DNA of 63,902 bases, filler included, from Neolecta irregularis DAH-3 (Eukaryota), in NCBI GenBank assembly GCA_001929475.1. It is 11 parts of 11 records of this genome, joined end to end, with 100 filler letters (N's around TTAATTAATTAA, not from the genome) between each part and the next. Parts side by side here need not be neighbours in the genome. Positions count along the whole stretch, not along the records: positions 37,536 to 48,571 come from LXFE01000831.1; positions 48,672 to 53,197 come from LXFE01000832.1; 9 more parts are not named here. The stretch is one strand, 5' to 3'. Below, one piece after another: positions 39,541 through 52,158 of the stretch (within the stretch, counting starts at the first letter, position 1; each line of letters begins with the position of its first letter). The translations under genes were made by a program, and so were the position numbers. The notes under the pieces were generated by a model, which saw only the letters and a list, made by a program, of their open reading frames with translations, searched no databases and was not told where the DNA came from.

Positions 39541-40699
39541 TTACCACACTATTTCGTACAATACAACTATGGAAAAATATACGACATATATACTTGATGA
39601 GACTATTGATATAGAAGTCGAACTGCTGGTACATATATATCCGGCTGAACAGGCGTATTGGCGAACCTTGACATTGACGCCTGTCACAACTTTGTCCTCC
39701 GTCCAAACACACCCAATGACTCGACAGTACACTTCTTTTGTAAATCTTGGTTCTGGTAAGCGAGAAGAGGAGGACAGCCGGCAATGTTGCCCCAGTTAAC
39801 TGGATCCGATCCACATTGTTTGATTGCTTGTGCTAAAGGCGCATTAGCGCCGTCATCCCAGCCTGCAGTGAAATCTCCATGAAGACCATAACCTAATGCA
39901 ATAAACCAAACAATCTGTAGATAATAATACCTATTGTGTCTCCACTTGACAATACATAAGTACCCTCCCCATGATAGTCGAACTGGTTTGTTTGCCAAAT
40001 CATCTCGATCATAACTTGAGGAATTCTGACAGGGTGGCTACTGGGACATATCTGTCCATCGTAGCCATCTGTAGAATAAGACACATGACTTCTATGATCC
40101 GCCGAGTTAAGGTTTACTCCGTCCCAGCATTGAGGAAACGAAACTGAGGCTTGCATGAACATCGAACAGGCTCGTTTTGGAAATCCATACTCAGGTCCAG
40201 AGTTACCAGAGCCATCCACGCAAACGAAGTAGACGGCTTTATCTTCTGGACTATTGGACTGGGTCTGACGATCAGGACTTCCGACAATCATCTGAAGACC
40301 ATTTGGTACTGGCATGACATTCCGGCCACCATCTGGATATTTGTAATACGCTCGATGATTTCCTGAGGGATAGAGGGATAATTTTCCGTCTGTGCCTTTG
40401 TGATACAATGAAGGTTGCCTTGATCAATAAGCCATTGGTTTTATTAACAATGCGTACCAATAATTAGACTTGTCGGCCTGTGTATTGCAAGTCGTACAGG
40501 ATGAACTGATTGCGTTTTCATAAGAGAAAGTCTTCTCGAAATGAGAACCACCCAAAACTGTATGCATATGTGAAACATCTGCTTGGCCTGGGTATCTGAT
40601 CGGATCCAGCCTCTCAGTAGTGAGAACTGTACAGTCAAGAACAAAATATCCCGGCACAGCCGAGATGAGAACGAAGACCAAAAGAAAGGTTGAGTTCAT
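39541..40699 (-). CDS. Secreted DUF1996 protein, no WSC domain, hydrophobic C-terminal tail
   Basis: ERLDPI, SHMHTVLGG, DKSNYW, FPQCWDG, CPSSHPVRIP and YGLHGDF motifs; last exon ends SSIYVVYFSIVVLYEIVW. Confidence 0.85.
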
Positions 40700-41534
40700 T
40701 TCCGCAGTACAAAAGGGACAAAAGACTTTTGGATATACTCAAAGGCGGAGTAAAATATTTTTGAAAGTTCTGCTGTCAATTCAAAGCTTTATGATACTTT
40801 ATCAAGCTTTGTCAGAAGGATCGTGTTCATCACGAATTCATGCTTTGAACCAGGTCTTTGCTTCCATTCAGTGATACACACTGTCTTGTTCATGTTGTCA
40901 GCACGAAATCTGCGCCCCGGTTATTGTTGCTTTGCACTCTTGTCGATGATACATTCTTTGACAGAACTTTTACGGGAATGGCGAATGGAATTCGAACTCG
41001 AAACGATCGTCTACTCTTTCGTGACCTAGTTGAGTCAGCAGTCAGGAAAGCTAACAAAAGTCACCTCATCTCGGGCTTCGAAATCAGTAAGAACCACGAG
41101 GAAACTTGTTAGAAAAGACTCTGGTGCTTTGAGATATTTTCAGCGGGTAAACAGAGCCTTTGGAAATTAAGCTTTGAGGACTCAGCGATAATGTGGCCAG
41201 TACGCAAGCTTTCAGTAAAACAGGATTTTGATAACTCGCTGCAACGGTCAGACTAAATGAGTTTAGTGTATCGGGAGCTAACATAGGCGAAGGAATCCTT
41301 ATCAAACTCCATCAAACCACTTCGAATCTGATGGTTTTGACACAGGATGAAAACATAGCACGGTAACCAATTTAACAAGGTAAATATGCTATTCTTTAAC
41401 TGCTTCAGCAAATATGTACAGAATCTATAGGTGTATGATGCAAATCCGTAAACCAGAAAATACAGGAAGCAAAGCGTTGAAAATCTACCCTGCCAAGACC
41501 TTGAAAAGTGCCAGCACCTCTCAATCAATCAAAG

Positions 41535-43250
41535 TCATGATGATAAGCGTAGAAACAAACTAACGTTCCAGTCACCTCCGCAATTGTTTGATTCATCGCC
41601 AGTACATTTGATAGAGCACTGAGCAGAGTCGACTGTATTTCTAACACCGTTCGCAACGTTGTTTCCGCAAGTGCAGATCGAGCCTTGCATTAAACCAGCG
41701 TAAGAAAACCCTAAACAATTATGTTGGCAATTCTCTATTGTCATGTTTATGTCATCAGAAGTAACTGAGGCGATAAGGATTGGCATTCTATTCTCGCTCA
41801 ATGAAACGCAACCGACAGAGATCCAGGGAGATGGAACAGATCCAATTGCAGTAGCTGAAGGGACGTTGACATCGCTTGTGCACGCCGCAGGAACTGTAAC
41901 ATAACTCGTAATCGTAATCGTGGAAGTAGACGTGTAATCTTCTGCATCTGGAATACCAATCGTTGGAATCGCTAGTTGACTAGTTATCGAGTCTGGTATT
42001 GAGGAAGGTTTCGTTGAAATTGGAGTGGGTAAAATGTCCATAGGCACAGCATTGTTGGGTAAAGCTGAAGTGATTTGAGCTGATCCTGCGGAAACAGCCG
42101 AGGAAGTAGATAGAACTACGTTTGGAGTGTTTGTAACTACGGGCATAACTGAAGCCGATGTCGAAATCGAACTGCCGCAAGTCGGTTTTGGACCTGCTGA
42201 CCACAACAAGTTGCATCCCGGAAGTTTAGCGAGACTCGAAGTAAGACCAACGTCTTCACGTATGACTGGTTCAATGGAACACCCACTTTGGGCAGTTTGG
42301 TCGGCGTATTTGTTCAGCGGTGGGCAACCATACACCTCTCCCCAAGTAGAATCGGCTCCGCATGATTTGAGGGCTTGAGCAAGTGGTGCATCTGGAGCAT
42401 TATCCCATGCGGATACAAAATCACCGTGAAACCCATATCCTAAGAGGTCAGTCTCGTTATGTAAATTGAGTATACCTGTGGTATCACCATTTGCCAAAAC
42501 ATAAGTTCCTGCTCCGTGATAGTCCTTCTCGCCAGTCATAAAGATAAACTCATACATCAACTGAGGAACTTTGACCGGATGGGAAGAAGGACAAATATCT
42601 CCGTTGTAGCCTTCCACGGCAAAGGACATATGGCTTTTATGATCCGGAGCTGTTGTTGAAACCCCGTCCCAGCAGGTAGGGAACCAGATCTGAAGTTGAA
42701 TACCTCCGAGACAAGCTTTATCGGGAAACGCCGTCGACTCTCCATCTGCTTGGCCAGCTGAGCCAAGACACATAAAGCGAATAGCCTGGTTATCTGCTGC
42801 AGATGTATTGAAAGTCTTTCGTGCTGGATCGCCGCTGATAACTTGGAGGCCTTTAGGGAAGGGCTTGACATCCTCGGAAGTAGAATATTTGTAATAAATG
42901 CGCGTATTTCCTAGTCGGTAGATCGAGAATGTTCCATCGAGTGCTTGGTGGTATAGTGAAGGAGCCCTCGGCAAATCAGTACAACTTCTAACAAGACGTC
43001 CATACCAATAACTAGATTTGTCTATCTGAGTGTTGCAAGTTGTGCAAGAAGAATTTATAAGAGAATCATAACTGATTGTAGTGCCAAAGTTGCTCGCACC
43101 ACTTATACTATGAACATGCTGAGATGCCAGTCCTGGAGCCACTATTGGATCTGCTCGTTCGGTAACTAATAAACCGCAATTGAGTACAAAATAAGCAGAC
43201 GCTGTCGCTAAATTTGTGATAAGGAAGGTGAGGAGCGACCTATTCAACAT
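41535..43250 (-). CDS. Secreted DUF1996 + WSC domain protein
   Basis: ERADPIV.PG, DKSSYW, FPTCWDG and YGFHGDF; Ser/Thr linker; WSC motifs MTIENC..C, YAGL..G..C.CGN, C...C.GD...CGG. Confidence 0.9.
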   Translation of the reverse strand: MLNRSLLTFLITNLATASAYFVLNCGLLVTERADPIVAPGLASQHVHSISGASNFGTTISYDSLINSSCTTCNTQIDKSSYWYGRLVRSCTDLPRAPSLYHQALDGTFSIYRLGNTRIYYKYSTSEDVKPFPKGLQVISGDPARKTFNTSAADNQAIRFMCLGSAGQADGESTAFPDKACLGGIQLQIWFPTCWDGVSTTAPDHKSHMSFAVEGYNGDICPSSHPVKVPQLMYEFIFMTGEKDYHGAGTYVLANGDTTGILNLHNETDLLGYGFHGDFVSAWDNAPDAPLAQALKSCGADSTWGEVYGCPPLNKYADQTAQSGCSIEPVIREDVGLTSSLAKLPGCNLLWSAGPKPTCGSSISTSASVMPVVTNTPNVVLSTSSAVSAGSAQITSALPNNAVPMDILPTPISTKPSSIPDSITSQLAIPTIGIPDAEDYTSTSTITITSYVTVPAACTSDVNVPSATAIGSVPSPWISVGCVSLSENRMPILIASVTSDDINMTIENCQHNCLGFSYAGLMQGSICTCGNNVANGVRNTVDSAQCSIKCTGDESNNCGGDWNVSLFLRLSS

Positions 43251-44359
43251 CACGACGAAAAAGAAAGTGAGAAATGATGGACAGCTAAGAGAAATTTAAG
43301 GACAGAGAAAAGATCAAAATTCAGAGAAAAGGCTGGAGAAATACCAGTAGTTTTATATGGTATTGGGCTGGTTTCCTTGGTGCAGGCCAGCCACCGCATT
43401 ACTTTGTATTGCAAGTCCTGGATGTTTCACTTCTTGCTCTAGCCAATTTTACTGATCGGCGCACTTCGTAGGTTGCTCCATTTTATATCTTTGTTCTCTG
43501 GCGGGTACTTTTCTGAATCTACAGTGGACGAGATGAGGTTGAGTAGCATCAAAGGCGGGCCTGATTCATCAATGTTTCAGCTGGTAAATTCCCACTGGAT
43601 TCCGCTTTTTCAGCATCAATTAGTGTGAAACCGCTAGCGACAATGGATGTGGGCCAATGTCGCCATTCCATCGCAATTACTTGGAGGTCCGTTTCTGGAA
43701 ATAGCGCACCATTCGATAATACGAATCTGCTCAAATCACACTAGTAGCAGAATCAGGCAATATTGATCTCGTGACTGAATGAATGGCTGGTTCAGGGCGC
43801 CGCATATGTTCCTGTAATCTCTGAAAGGAACATGCACGTGGTGTGATGCAAACTGTGCCTGTGGCTAGTGATTTAACACCGCTCAAAAAAACTGCACATA
43901 CATTTTTGTCCATGTAAAATATTAGGAACGCGTCTGCCGAGCGAATTTTGAATACAGACTCGCCCGATTAGGAACCACTTACTGAGACCAGGATTGAACC
44001 TTTCATGACTGTTTACGCCTATGAGTAATGCTGCCCTGAGACTACATCTTTATATTAATTAAGGTGCGTTAATCTACCCGCTGAACCTTAATTCGATCTT
44101 CACTCCAGGCAAATACGGGTTAATAGAATTATGTGCCAGGTGGCTATCCGATTATCTCATATCGCTGTAGATCATACAAATTAAACTCCCCCGTGAGATC
44201 TGGCACAGAACAAATACAATACAATACGTCAAATCGTTCACGGGAGATCATTGATTCTCCGCGCGATCAAGTCGCTATCGGTCCAACTGATCGTGTAATG
44301 AATCAGTCATAATTTAAAGTAAATACATGAAATGTTGAATCAACCTTGAGACTTCAAGA

Positions 44360-45855
44360 TTAATGCAACGGTATGTACATGTACAGCGATAGCGCCATAT
44401 CCCCGCCACAGATTTCTGTGTCGTCACCAGAACATCTGGCGTCACAGAAAGTTGCACAAACGGGATTGCCGCCACCGTTTTTTATGGTATTCCCGCAGAA
44501 GCAGCTATCTCCATCGAATAGCGCAGCGAATTTGAAAGATGAGCAGAAGTTGAGACAGGCAGAAATGGTTAGTTTCGAGTCGTCTCTGGTGATTCTTTCG
44601 GTTAATACTGGGCCGTTGGTTCCTTGGGTGAAGCAGCCTAGGAGATCCCAATCATCGGCGGTTGATTCGATGTTGGTGGATACAGTATCTCTTCTCTTTA
44701 AATATCTTGAAGCCGGAATATTTAAAGGTTGAGTTGATACTTCAACTTTTACCGCCGCAGACGACGACATTGTTGTTAATAGCGACGATGACGACGACGA
44801 CATCGAAAGTACAATCGGATTATTTCCTAGAAGCATATTGATTGATCCTTTGAGACCCACATCTTCCGTAACGACTTCCGTTTCAATCTTACACCCACTC
44901 TGAGCTTTTGAATCAATGTATTCTCTCAAAGGGGCACAGCCATAAACTTCTCCCCACGACTGATCGAACCCACATTGATTCATTGCCGAGGCAAGGACAT
45001 TTGGATCCCAGCCAGAGGCGAAATCTCCATGTAGTGCGTATCCTAATACATGAGATAATTTCACCAGGATCAAGGCACCCGTTGTATCTCCATTGGAGAG
45101 AACATAGGTTCCTTCTCCGTGATATGGTTGTGTGCCGGTTAACCATATAAATTCGTACATGAGTTGTGGCATTCTATGAGGAAATCCATCAGGGCAAATA
45201 TCACCGTCATAAGAGTTCAATGGAAAGGCAACGTGACTCTTATAATCCGACGACGTGACCGAATATCCATTCCAACAGGACGGAAACCGAATTTGGGCTT
45301 GAATGCCGCCGGGACACGCTTTCCGTGGAAATTCGTTTGTGGTACCGGAGGCTGCTCCGGACGAATCAAGGCACACGTACATCATGGCGCGATTTTCTGT
45401 GTTTGAGGGGTCAAATGTTCTGCGAGTAGTGTCACCAGCGATCATGGCGAATCCAGTCGGAAACGGTTGAATGTCGAGAGCTCCGACAGGGTACTGGTAA
45501 TACACTCGCACATTCCCGAGGGGATAAGCGCTGAGTTTTCCTTCTGGAGACTGGTAGTACATTGTTGGTGCCCTGCTTATCAATTGCGTTGCTAATGACA
45601 ATGGCCGCAATACCAGTACGATGATTTGTCCGCTTGCGTGTTGCAAGTGCTGCAGGTAGCTTTCATGTTTTGCGTGTAAGAGTACGTATTGCCGAATGTG
45701 TTAGCCCCGGCGACAGAGTGAACATGATCCGATAATGCCTCTGGATTCATCAGAGGGTCAATTCTCTCAGTCACCAGCAGGTTGCAATTGAGGACAAAAT
45801 ATCCGGACACCGGCAAGACAGTGAAGAGAATAGAGAGCAGAGCTTGGAGTAACAT
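44360..45855 (-). CDS. Secreted DUF1996 + WSC domain protein
   Basis: ERIDPL, DKSSYW, FPSCWNG and YALHGDF; KRR site before the WSC domain (LTISAC..FC, CFCGN, CSGD..ICGG). Confidence 0.9.
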
Positions 45856-47357
45856 CTTGAAGATAATCGGGCCGACCGGAGTAGATTCAAAGCAATGCAC
45901 GGCTGTTTCTTGGGGAGAATGGGACTGTACTAAGTATTGATCCGACCGGCGATAAAGCAATGAATTTATAGGAAACTTTGTCAACTGCCGATTATAGAGC
46001 GCTTTCTGACTTCTTGTGCGCCACGTAATTCAGACTGTTGAAGGTTACACCATTCAGCTTGTCTCGCTTCAGTTCTAATGACGGGAACTATGTTTGTCGG
46101 AGATCGGCTTTATTCGAAACCGTGACGAGGCAGCATTTCTGGCAACATGGCGGCATGACCAGGCCCAGATGAAGTTTGATGCCGCCCATTTGAGCGAGTG
46201 ACAGGGTTGTCTAGGACAATGGGCAGCTTCCAATGTCGTTCAGCAGTAGTACTATAAGCCCCTACCAGGGCTAGATTCGTAAGCGGATTCTTTGCGGACA
46301 ATTTGACACCTTCTACTCGAGAATGAATAATCAAACAACGACTCCCTGATTTGAGGGGCCACAAGAAAGCAGTATCGCGCCTTGAAAAAAATGCATTCTT
46401 TGTATTGCAAAATGGCGCAACCGCGAGAAAAATTTACCATGTGCCATGACGCGTAGGTCGCAAGTTCCTTTTTAGAGCATAAGCGAACACACGAACAGCC
46501 CAAATCAACAATTGCAGTGGAAGATCTGGCAAGAAAGTAGTTCCAAGTAGAAATCGAGTTTCCCAAAGTGAGCTGTTGACAAGTTTCGCTTTTTGCGGGG
46601 ATTCGCTCGCATAAATTTTGACTTCAAACATTGAATTTAGAACGAGTTTTTGTAATTTAGCGATTAATAGCCAAACATTTGAAAGGAAAATAAGGTTGAA
46701 TTGTAAAACTTGTTTTATTCCAGCAAACTGTTCTCTGTGGAGCAGATGAATGGTTAAAGTTTGTGAAGTCGTGCGACGGAGAAATTACGCAACACTAATG
46801 GAGAAATAAGTCGTCCAAGCTAATGGGGTTGCTCTTGGGCAGGTTCATTTCGGCAGGAAAACCTGCGGCAGGTAGAAACACTGCCGGTCCAGACAGGGGC
46901 GGGTTTTGGCTTCAAGGGGGTGGGAATAACAGCCTTGTGGAGGTTAGTCCTGGCAAATGTCGCCATATCCAAGTCGTTTGCGAGCCGATAATAATGCTGT
47001 TCTACAAAGACGCGCTTTTCTCTACTTCCGGGGTATTGTGCTGCAAACACGCGCTTGACCAGCCTGAATTTAGAACGAGAAAAGGCACTTGCAATCATGA
47101 AGAACAAGGCACTTGCAATCATGCCAACTCTGCGGTCTGGAGAAGAACATGGCAAACGCAAATACACAACCGCAAAACTGGTGTCGGTTGTGGTTTCTGC
47201 ATTGTGCATTTGTGCGTCGTGCAACAGCCGTGGGTCGGCCAGGGTCGTGACGAGGTGGCGTCAGCCGTAGCAGCCACGCCCAGCGCCTCCCGCTTCTCCC
47301 GGCTTCTCCCGCAACCCGGCCCTCACCCGCCGGCTTTCGCTGCTGCTTCCAACCTCA

Positions 47358-48571
47358 ATGGCCGCCCGCAGCGATGTTGCCGCTCTCACCGATCTCTGTT
47401 CGCGCCCCAACTACAACACCACAGTGCCCCACCGCCCGCTTTCCGCTTTCTGACTACCCCTAGTCTGGCTGCCCCACCACCGTATTTGCCAACCACTTTA
47501 GGGTGACATCGTTCCCAAACACCATTCTCCACCAGTACGAAGTCTGCCAGCCTGCCCCCGCCTTTGGATTTGCTCTGACCACAAAGCAGGTTACAATTGG
47601 CAAGGGCACTCTAAAACCAAGCCTCTCGCGCAAACTGTGGGCGACGTCCTATGTTCAGACTGCCCTTGGAGAAAACAAGGTCATCTTTGATGGTATGTCT
47701 CTGCCATCCTGCGACTCTAAATTTTCGAGGCCGGCACATTGCGTGGTGCAGCAAAAAGTTACCCTTTGGCACTGAAATTGCCCTTGAAACCACCATCAGT
47801 GGCTCTGATCCGAAAACCGCTAATGAAAGGGACCGGCTGACTGTGAAAATTGCCTACTCCGCACAAGTAAACCTTGAATTCATCCACCAATTCCTCCTCA
47901 AGCGATATCGAAAGGATGAACAAGTTCTTCAAGGTAATGTTCTGATCGACTGCTGGCCAATACCAACCACCCAGGGCTTACGGCACTCAACAACCTTTTG
48001 CGTCAAACGCCCACCCTCAAATTTTTCACCATGGGTAATTCTAAGAATTTTTACAAAGAGCAAGATGCAGTGCCTCTCACCGGGGCTCTCCAAGCCTGGA
48101 GAGGCATTTTTCAATCACTTCGACCTTCCCAAGGCAACAATATTTTTTGGTTCTCTGATACTTATTTGATAGGCTCCCTCACTGTAAACGTTGATGTTGC
48201 CACTACTGTTGCCTGGCAGGGTGACCTGTCACTTGTTGATCTGGTATGTAAGCATACAAATTGTCGTGATGCCAACGACCTCGTCTCAATGGGTGATCGA
48301 GATCGGCACAAGCTCCAACAAGCAATTAAGGGCCTCACCTTTTTCGTCACCCATCGACAAGAGCAAGGTCGACGAAAAGTTTTGACTATCAAGCGGTTGA
48401 TGAAGACAAGTTCAATTACTACAACATTTCCGATGGAAAAGGACGGCGAGACAAAAACCATTAGCATACAACGCTATATGAAGATGGCATATAACAAAGA
48501 TATCCGATATCCACAACTTTTCTGTTCGTTCTGCCATTCTTCGGTGGCTCACATATAGGCGTTCAGAGTAC
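47358..48571 (+). CDS. ago1: Argonaute (N, L1 and PAZ start), 3'-truncated by the contig end
   Basis: RPNYNT|SG...FANHF, LHQYEV, IFDG, GALQAWRGIFQSLRP, LTVNVDVATT, IKGL.FFVTH and IRYPQL motifs. Confidence 0.88.
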
Positions 48572-49282
48572 NNNNNNNNNNNNNNNNNNNNNNNNNNNNN
48601 NNNNNNNNNNNNNNNTTAATTAATTAANNNNNNNNNNNNNNNNNNNNNNNNNNNNNNNNNNNNNNNNNNNNTCGTACCGGGAGTATGGGGCGTGCTGACG
48701 AGTCACCGTATATAAAACGGGGCTTAGCTTAGCTTTTTAACCTACAGCGTGTACTGGAAGGAAGTATGTTGAGTTCTGCAGGTATATAGGTTAGTCCTCC
48801 GCCCCTCTTTCTCCATCAATCCAAAATATATCAAAGAGCAAAAGCACAACTTGAAGAACCCTATCCGCCACAACCCTCCCCTTCACCACCTTCAACAGTC
48901 ACTCTACATCCATTCTTTTCTGTGACTCTGACCATTGGGACAGATTCTGCGCGACAAGACCAAGGCCTTGTTCGTTCTGGTCCAGTCGGTTGAGAACGCT
49001 ATTCCACAGTCCTGATAGGAATAGTGCGAATATAGTTGTATCACCCCACACAACGGTACAGACAGGATCAGTCCTAGAGGACGCCACAAGCTGAAATCCA
49101 AGCCTTTGGATCCCCATATGGAAAGTGTTCTACAGGGACCAATCAGATGATGTGACAGTGGCGCGTGCGAGGACAGGTATTTACGACTAGTGCGCTAGGC
49201 TTAACACTGTATATTAATACAAACAGTTATTACTATTAGCGACCCTCAGCTACTATACGACCTTGAGACTCAGCGGAGTATA

Positions 49283-49972
49283 CAGTGTTGTGGACGGGTA
49301 AGCCCATGGCTTTTCTGAGGGTCTGGACCAGGCCTAACATGTGACAACCAATTTGGTTGGTGGCATGCAGGGCAGGAATATGTTAAATTGCAAATATAAA
49401 TTGCTATTATTGCGTATAATTCTTTATATCTATCTAAATATTGACAAGGGAACCGACAGGCGGGTGGGCAAGACGGGCCAAACAGGCGTGCAAGGTGGGA
49501 GAGACGCGCGAGGCGGGAAAGGCGGTTGAGGCAATCAAGTCAGGTAAGGCGAATTGGAGGAAGCGGGTGAGACGGGCGGGCGAGATGGATGGGAGCGGTA
49601 AGAGAGACGGGTGGCCAAGGCGAGTGAGGCGGTTGGGATTGGCGGGGAGAGAGGATAGATATGCAGGTGAGATAGGAGACACAGACAGGTGAGGCAGGCA
49701 GGACGGGAGAGACTGGTGAGAGGTGGCTAAGACGGGCGAGAGGTGGGCCACACAGGCCAGAGAGGCGGGCGAGACCGGAGAGACCGGCGAGACAAGCGAG
49801 ATAGGTGCGCAGGCAAGACGGGCATTAGAGACGGGGAAGCTGGCGAGACGGCTGGTGAGGCGGGCAGGCAAGGCGGGCAAGAAGGTGGATAGGGATGGGA
49901 CAGGGGAGGGGAAGGGCTACCCTAAATAGTATTCGGGCTTAGCCCATGGGCCATGGCCCGTCCACAACACTG
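49283..49972. mobile_element. 690-bp non-autonomous TIR element (CAGTG termini, hAT-like)
   Basis: Perfect 16-bp TIR CAGTGTTGTGGACGGG / CCCGTCCACAACACTG; purine-rich interior; related ends at 10634, 37954 and 56904; no TSD seen. Confidence 0.75.
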
Positions 49973-50037
49973 ATTTCACTACAAGTCAAATATTTCCCAC
50001 GGATAGATAAGCACTTGAAGCATGTGGGCTGTAGCTC

Positions 50038-50217
50038 TGTAAGCGAATACCTATGGCACACGCTTACTAATGCGGAAGGAAGGCTTTCATTAATATTGCG
50101 GCAATTAAATTGCAGCATATAATATGGATAGGTGGTTCATACCTAGCCAAGTCGCCAATACTTAGGCTAGAAACAATACAACCTAGTCTTATTTGTACCT
50201 GGGCTTCGATATTTACA
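50038..50217 (+). mobile_element. Solo LTR (family A) with 5-bp TSD AGCTC
   Basis: AGCTC|TGTAAG...TTTACA|AGCTC. Confidence 0.88.
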
Positions 50218-50250
50218 AGCTCAATAATATAGGTGATTAATAATTGTTGT

Positions 50251-50408
50251 TGTAACGTGTTGCGCTCTTGTGTACAAATAAGACTAGGTTATATTCCTTA
50301 ATCTAAGTTGTAGACTTTATGAGCTTAGGGTTTCTTTGTATACTTTCTAAATACAATTGTCGTTATTTCTTTTCCGCCACTTTCTTATACCCCGGATATA
50401 TCCTTACA
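50251..50408 (-). mobile_element. Solo LTR (family A), opposite orientation, with 5-bp TSD GTTGT
   Basis: GTTGT|TGTAAC...CTTACA|GTTGT; contains TACAAATAAGACTAG, the reverse complement of the family motif. Confidence 0.88.
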
Positions 50409-50864
50409 GTTGTGTTTATTAATTGGTGAGCACGGTCATAGTAAGGCTTTTTCCGATATAGTCGGCAAGACTTAGAAAGAGAAAAATAGATTATACGGTC
50501 AGCTAAACTACAGAGAGGAAAGGCAGCCCTTATTTAAGCCACATGTGGCAGGCTAGCTAGCACAAGGAAAAAAGGAAGAAAGAGGAAACCAGAGAAACAA
50601 AAGAGAAATTCCTGGGAGCGGCCAAAAACTGCCCCGCAGCAACTCAGCCTCCATGGAACAGAAGTAATAAGATAGACAAAATAAAGGAAATTGGAGGATA
50701 GTAGAGCATAGGAGCCAGGCGGGCCAAAACTACCCATCAGACCCCCTCAGAAAAAGAAATAGTAATTGAAAAAAGGAAAACCGGGAAAGGAAAAGGGAAT
50801 ACGCCGGTATCTTTCTAGCCCATCCAGGGGTTAGAGAAGGTCGGGTAGAGTTTATAGGCAAAGA

Positions 50865-52158
50865 TTACTCGATTCGATCTCCCGCTTTCGTATATACTTG
50901 AGAGAGGACCATCTCGGCGAGATCACCAATGAATTGTCGAGACTTGTTATCAAGTGTGCTCATCTGGGTGAAGAAGGTTGTAGAACGGGCCAGGGTTATA
51001 GAAGGATCCATGACGACAAACGCCACATCAATTAAAAGGTTTATCACTTCTCGGTTCTCTATTGATTTTGTCAGTGCTGACCCAAAATACTTCTTATCAG
51101 GGCCAAAACCACTCAAAGAGGTAAACATATCCTTGGCATGTTTCTCTTTCTTGGCATCTGGCTTTACCAGCTCCACCTCCTGGTTGTCAGTGTCGCTGTC
51201 AAAAGCCAAATCATAGTTCCACAATAGCAAATACTGTCCAGGGGCAAAGAAAGTAACGAGCACCAGCAGGTGCTCGTTACTAATAGATAACATCTTCTCC
51301 TTTCGGTCATAAGTAGTTGTAATGCCAGGACGATAATTTCGGCTGAATATATCGAGAAAATCCAACAAGAAGTTGTCAAGAATCTCTGAAGAGTATATCT
51401 TTTTGGGTTTTTTGAGATTATACAAAGATAACTGAAATGGCGGTTCTGAGATTGGTACACGAGATAGCATATTATATGCTTTTTTTCGCGAAAAATCATC
51501 CTCCTGAAGAGCATCAGTTCCCCCTTGTAGTTGCGTGACGATCGCAGAGCAGCGAAGTAAAAAGAAAATATGAAATTTTGATGTGAACTGACTTGTATCA
51601 GTTGGCATCCCGTATTTCTTTAAAACGTTTGTGGCCTTCGGATAATCTATTTTTTGAAAGGGCTCGGCTAGCTCTTTCTTCTTTACTTCTCGAGGTTCTG
51701 GCCCTGATATCTGTTGAATTTCCCGAGGAAAATCTCCCCTCTCAAATGTTCGTGGAATATTGATACTAGAATATCAGAATTTTCTTTTCAAGTACGAAAG
51801 CTTGCTCATAAACTTTGGTCACCATAACGCCATCATCTGAGCGATCTGTTGTCAAGTCCGATGAAAGGGTTTTAACCTGTACACAATATGACTGTTCCTG
51901 AGCATTAACTATTACAAATGAATTGCAATAGTTCATCGCCGAATAGCATGCAGCCGCGCAAGTGCTCTCGTCATCCCATTCACTACCCCAATCCAATTCC
52001 TCGACCACACTGATTCTACCTGTGATGACGACCCTGCGATCGGCAGAGAACGTTCGGGTGTGGAAATTTTGGGTTACATCTGTGAATTGATCGAGATCCA
52101 ATATGGCGAAAATATGGTTTGCATAAAGCACAATCAACCAGAACAGCTTTGGCAACAT
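50865..52158 (-). CDS. Hypothetical secreted protein with a PAN/apple-like Cys pattern at the N-terminus; junction of the two ORFs unresolved
   Basis: Signal peptide MLPKLFWLIVLYANHIFA; CAAAC..YCNSF..YC; a second frame is open from about 51765 to 50865. Confidence 0.45.

Noticed and set aside
46820-47506. Overlapping 134-aa and 227-aa ORFs upstream of Argonaute
   Set aside because: No recognisable motifs; Argonaute is explained by the ATG at 47358 in another frame.
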